A stretch of DNA of 64,000 bases from Octopus sinensis. Taxonomy: Eukaryota. The stretch covers positions 5,642,001-5,706,000 of the forward strand of contig NC_043022.1 in NCBI RefSeq assembly GCF_006345805.1, written 5' to 3'. A program made the translations under genes and the position numbers. Of the stretch, positions 63,879 to 64,000 are shown in pieces. Every line of letters starts with the position of its first letter. The first letter of the stretch is position 1. Below the pieces are notes generated by a model that saw only the letters and a list, made by a program, of their open reading frames with translations, had not been told where the DNA came from and made no database searches.

Positions 63879-64000
63879 TGTGCGCGCGCGCGCGTGTATT
63901 CTTATGTGCGTGTGTGTCAGTGTGTATTTGTGTGTAAGTAATTATATATATGTGTGTATGTGCGTGTATGCATGTGTAACAACGAGTATATATGTTTGAC

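Larger units (their letters stand above)
57304..63890. repeat. ~2.6-kb direct duplication (57304-59955 and 61244-63890) containing SINE-A x2, SINE-C x2 and a piggyBac MITE
   Basis: Colinear, near-identical copies that differ by scattered transitions and 1-bp indels. Confidence 0.9.

Noticed and set aside
1-63999. Numerous VC/HT/YI/poly-D/G/P/M ORFs in the track
   Set aside because: These are translations of di-, tri- and tetranucleotide microsatellites.

Overview
Repeat-saturated eukaryotic DNA, most likely cephalopod (Octopus-like). This is an inference from the SINE families and the extreme microsatellite load, not a database result. No complete protein-coding gene, rRNA, true tRNA gene or CRISPR array is supported, and almost all ORF-track entries are microsatellite or SINE artefacts. 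The window contains about 20 copies of a tRNA-type SINE (here SINE-A), more than 20 copies of a second SINE (SINE-B), two further tRNA-headed SINE families, and an RTE-3'UTR-derived element (SINE-D). It also holds decayed LINE pieces (R4/Dong, HERO-like, RTE, CR1), hAT- and piggyBac-type MITEs with target duplications, mariner and hAT transposase remnants, a Helentron/DINE-1-like element, a 100-N gap and two probable false duplications. The most interesting signals are: (1) minimal hammerhead-ribozyme architectures from at least three unrelated Penelope-like repeat families, one nearly canonical (32848-32896) and one inside a 270-bp fold-back (60957-61229); (2) a ~98%-identical 188-bp inverted repeat bracketing 1.56 kb (38322-40258); (3) head-to-head SINE pairs able to form long dsRNA, one directly behind a candidate exon; (4) a set of weakly supported minus-strand candidate exons. 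Coordinates of decayed repeats are approximate (+/-10-20 bp).
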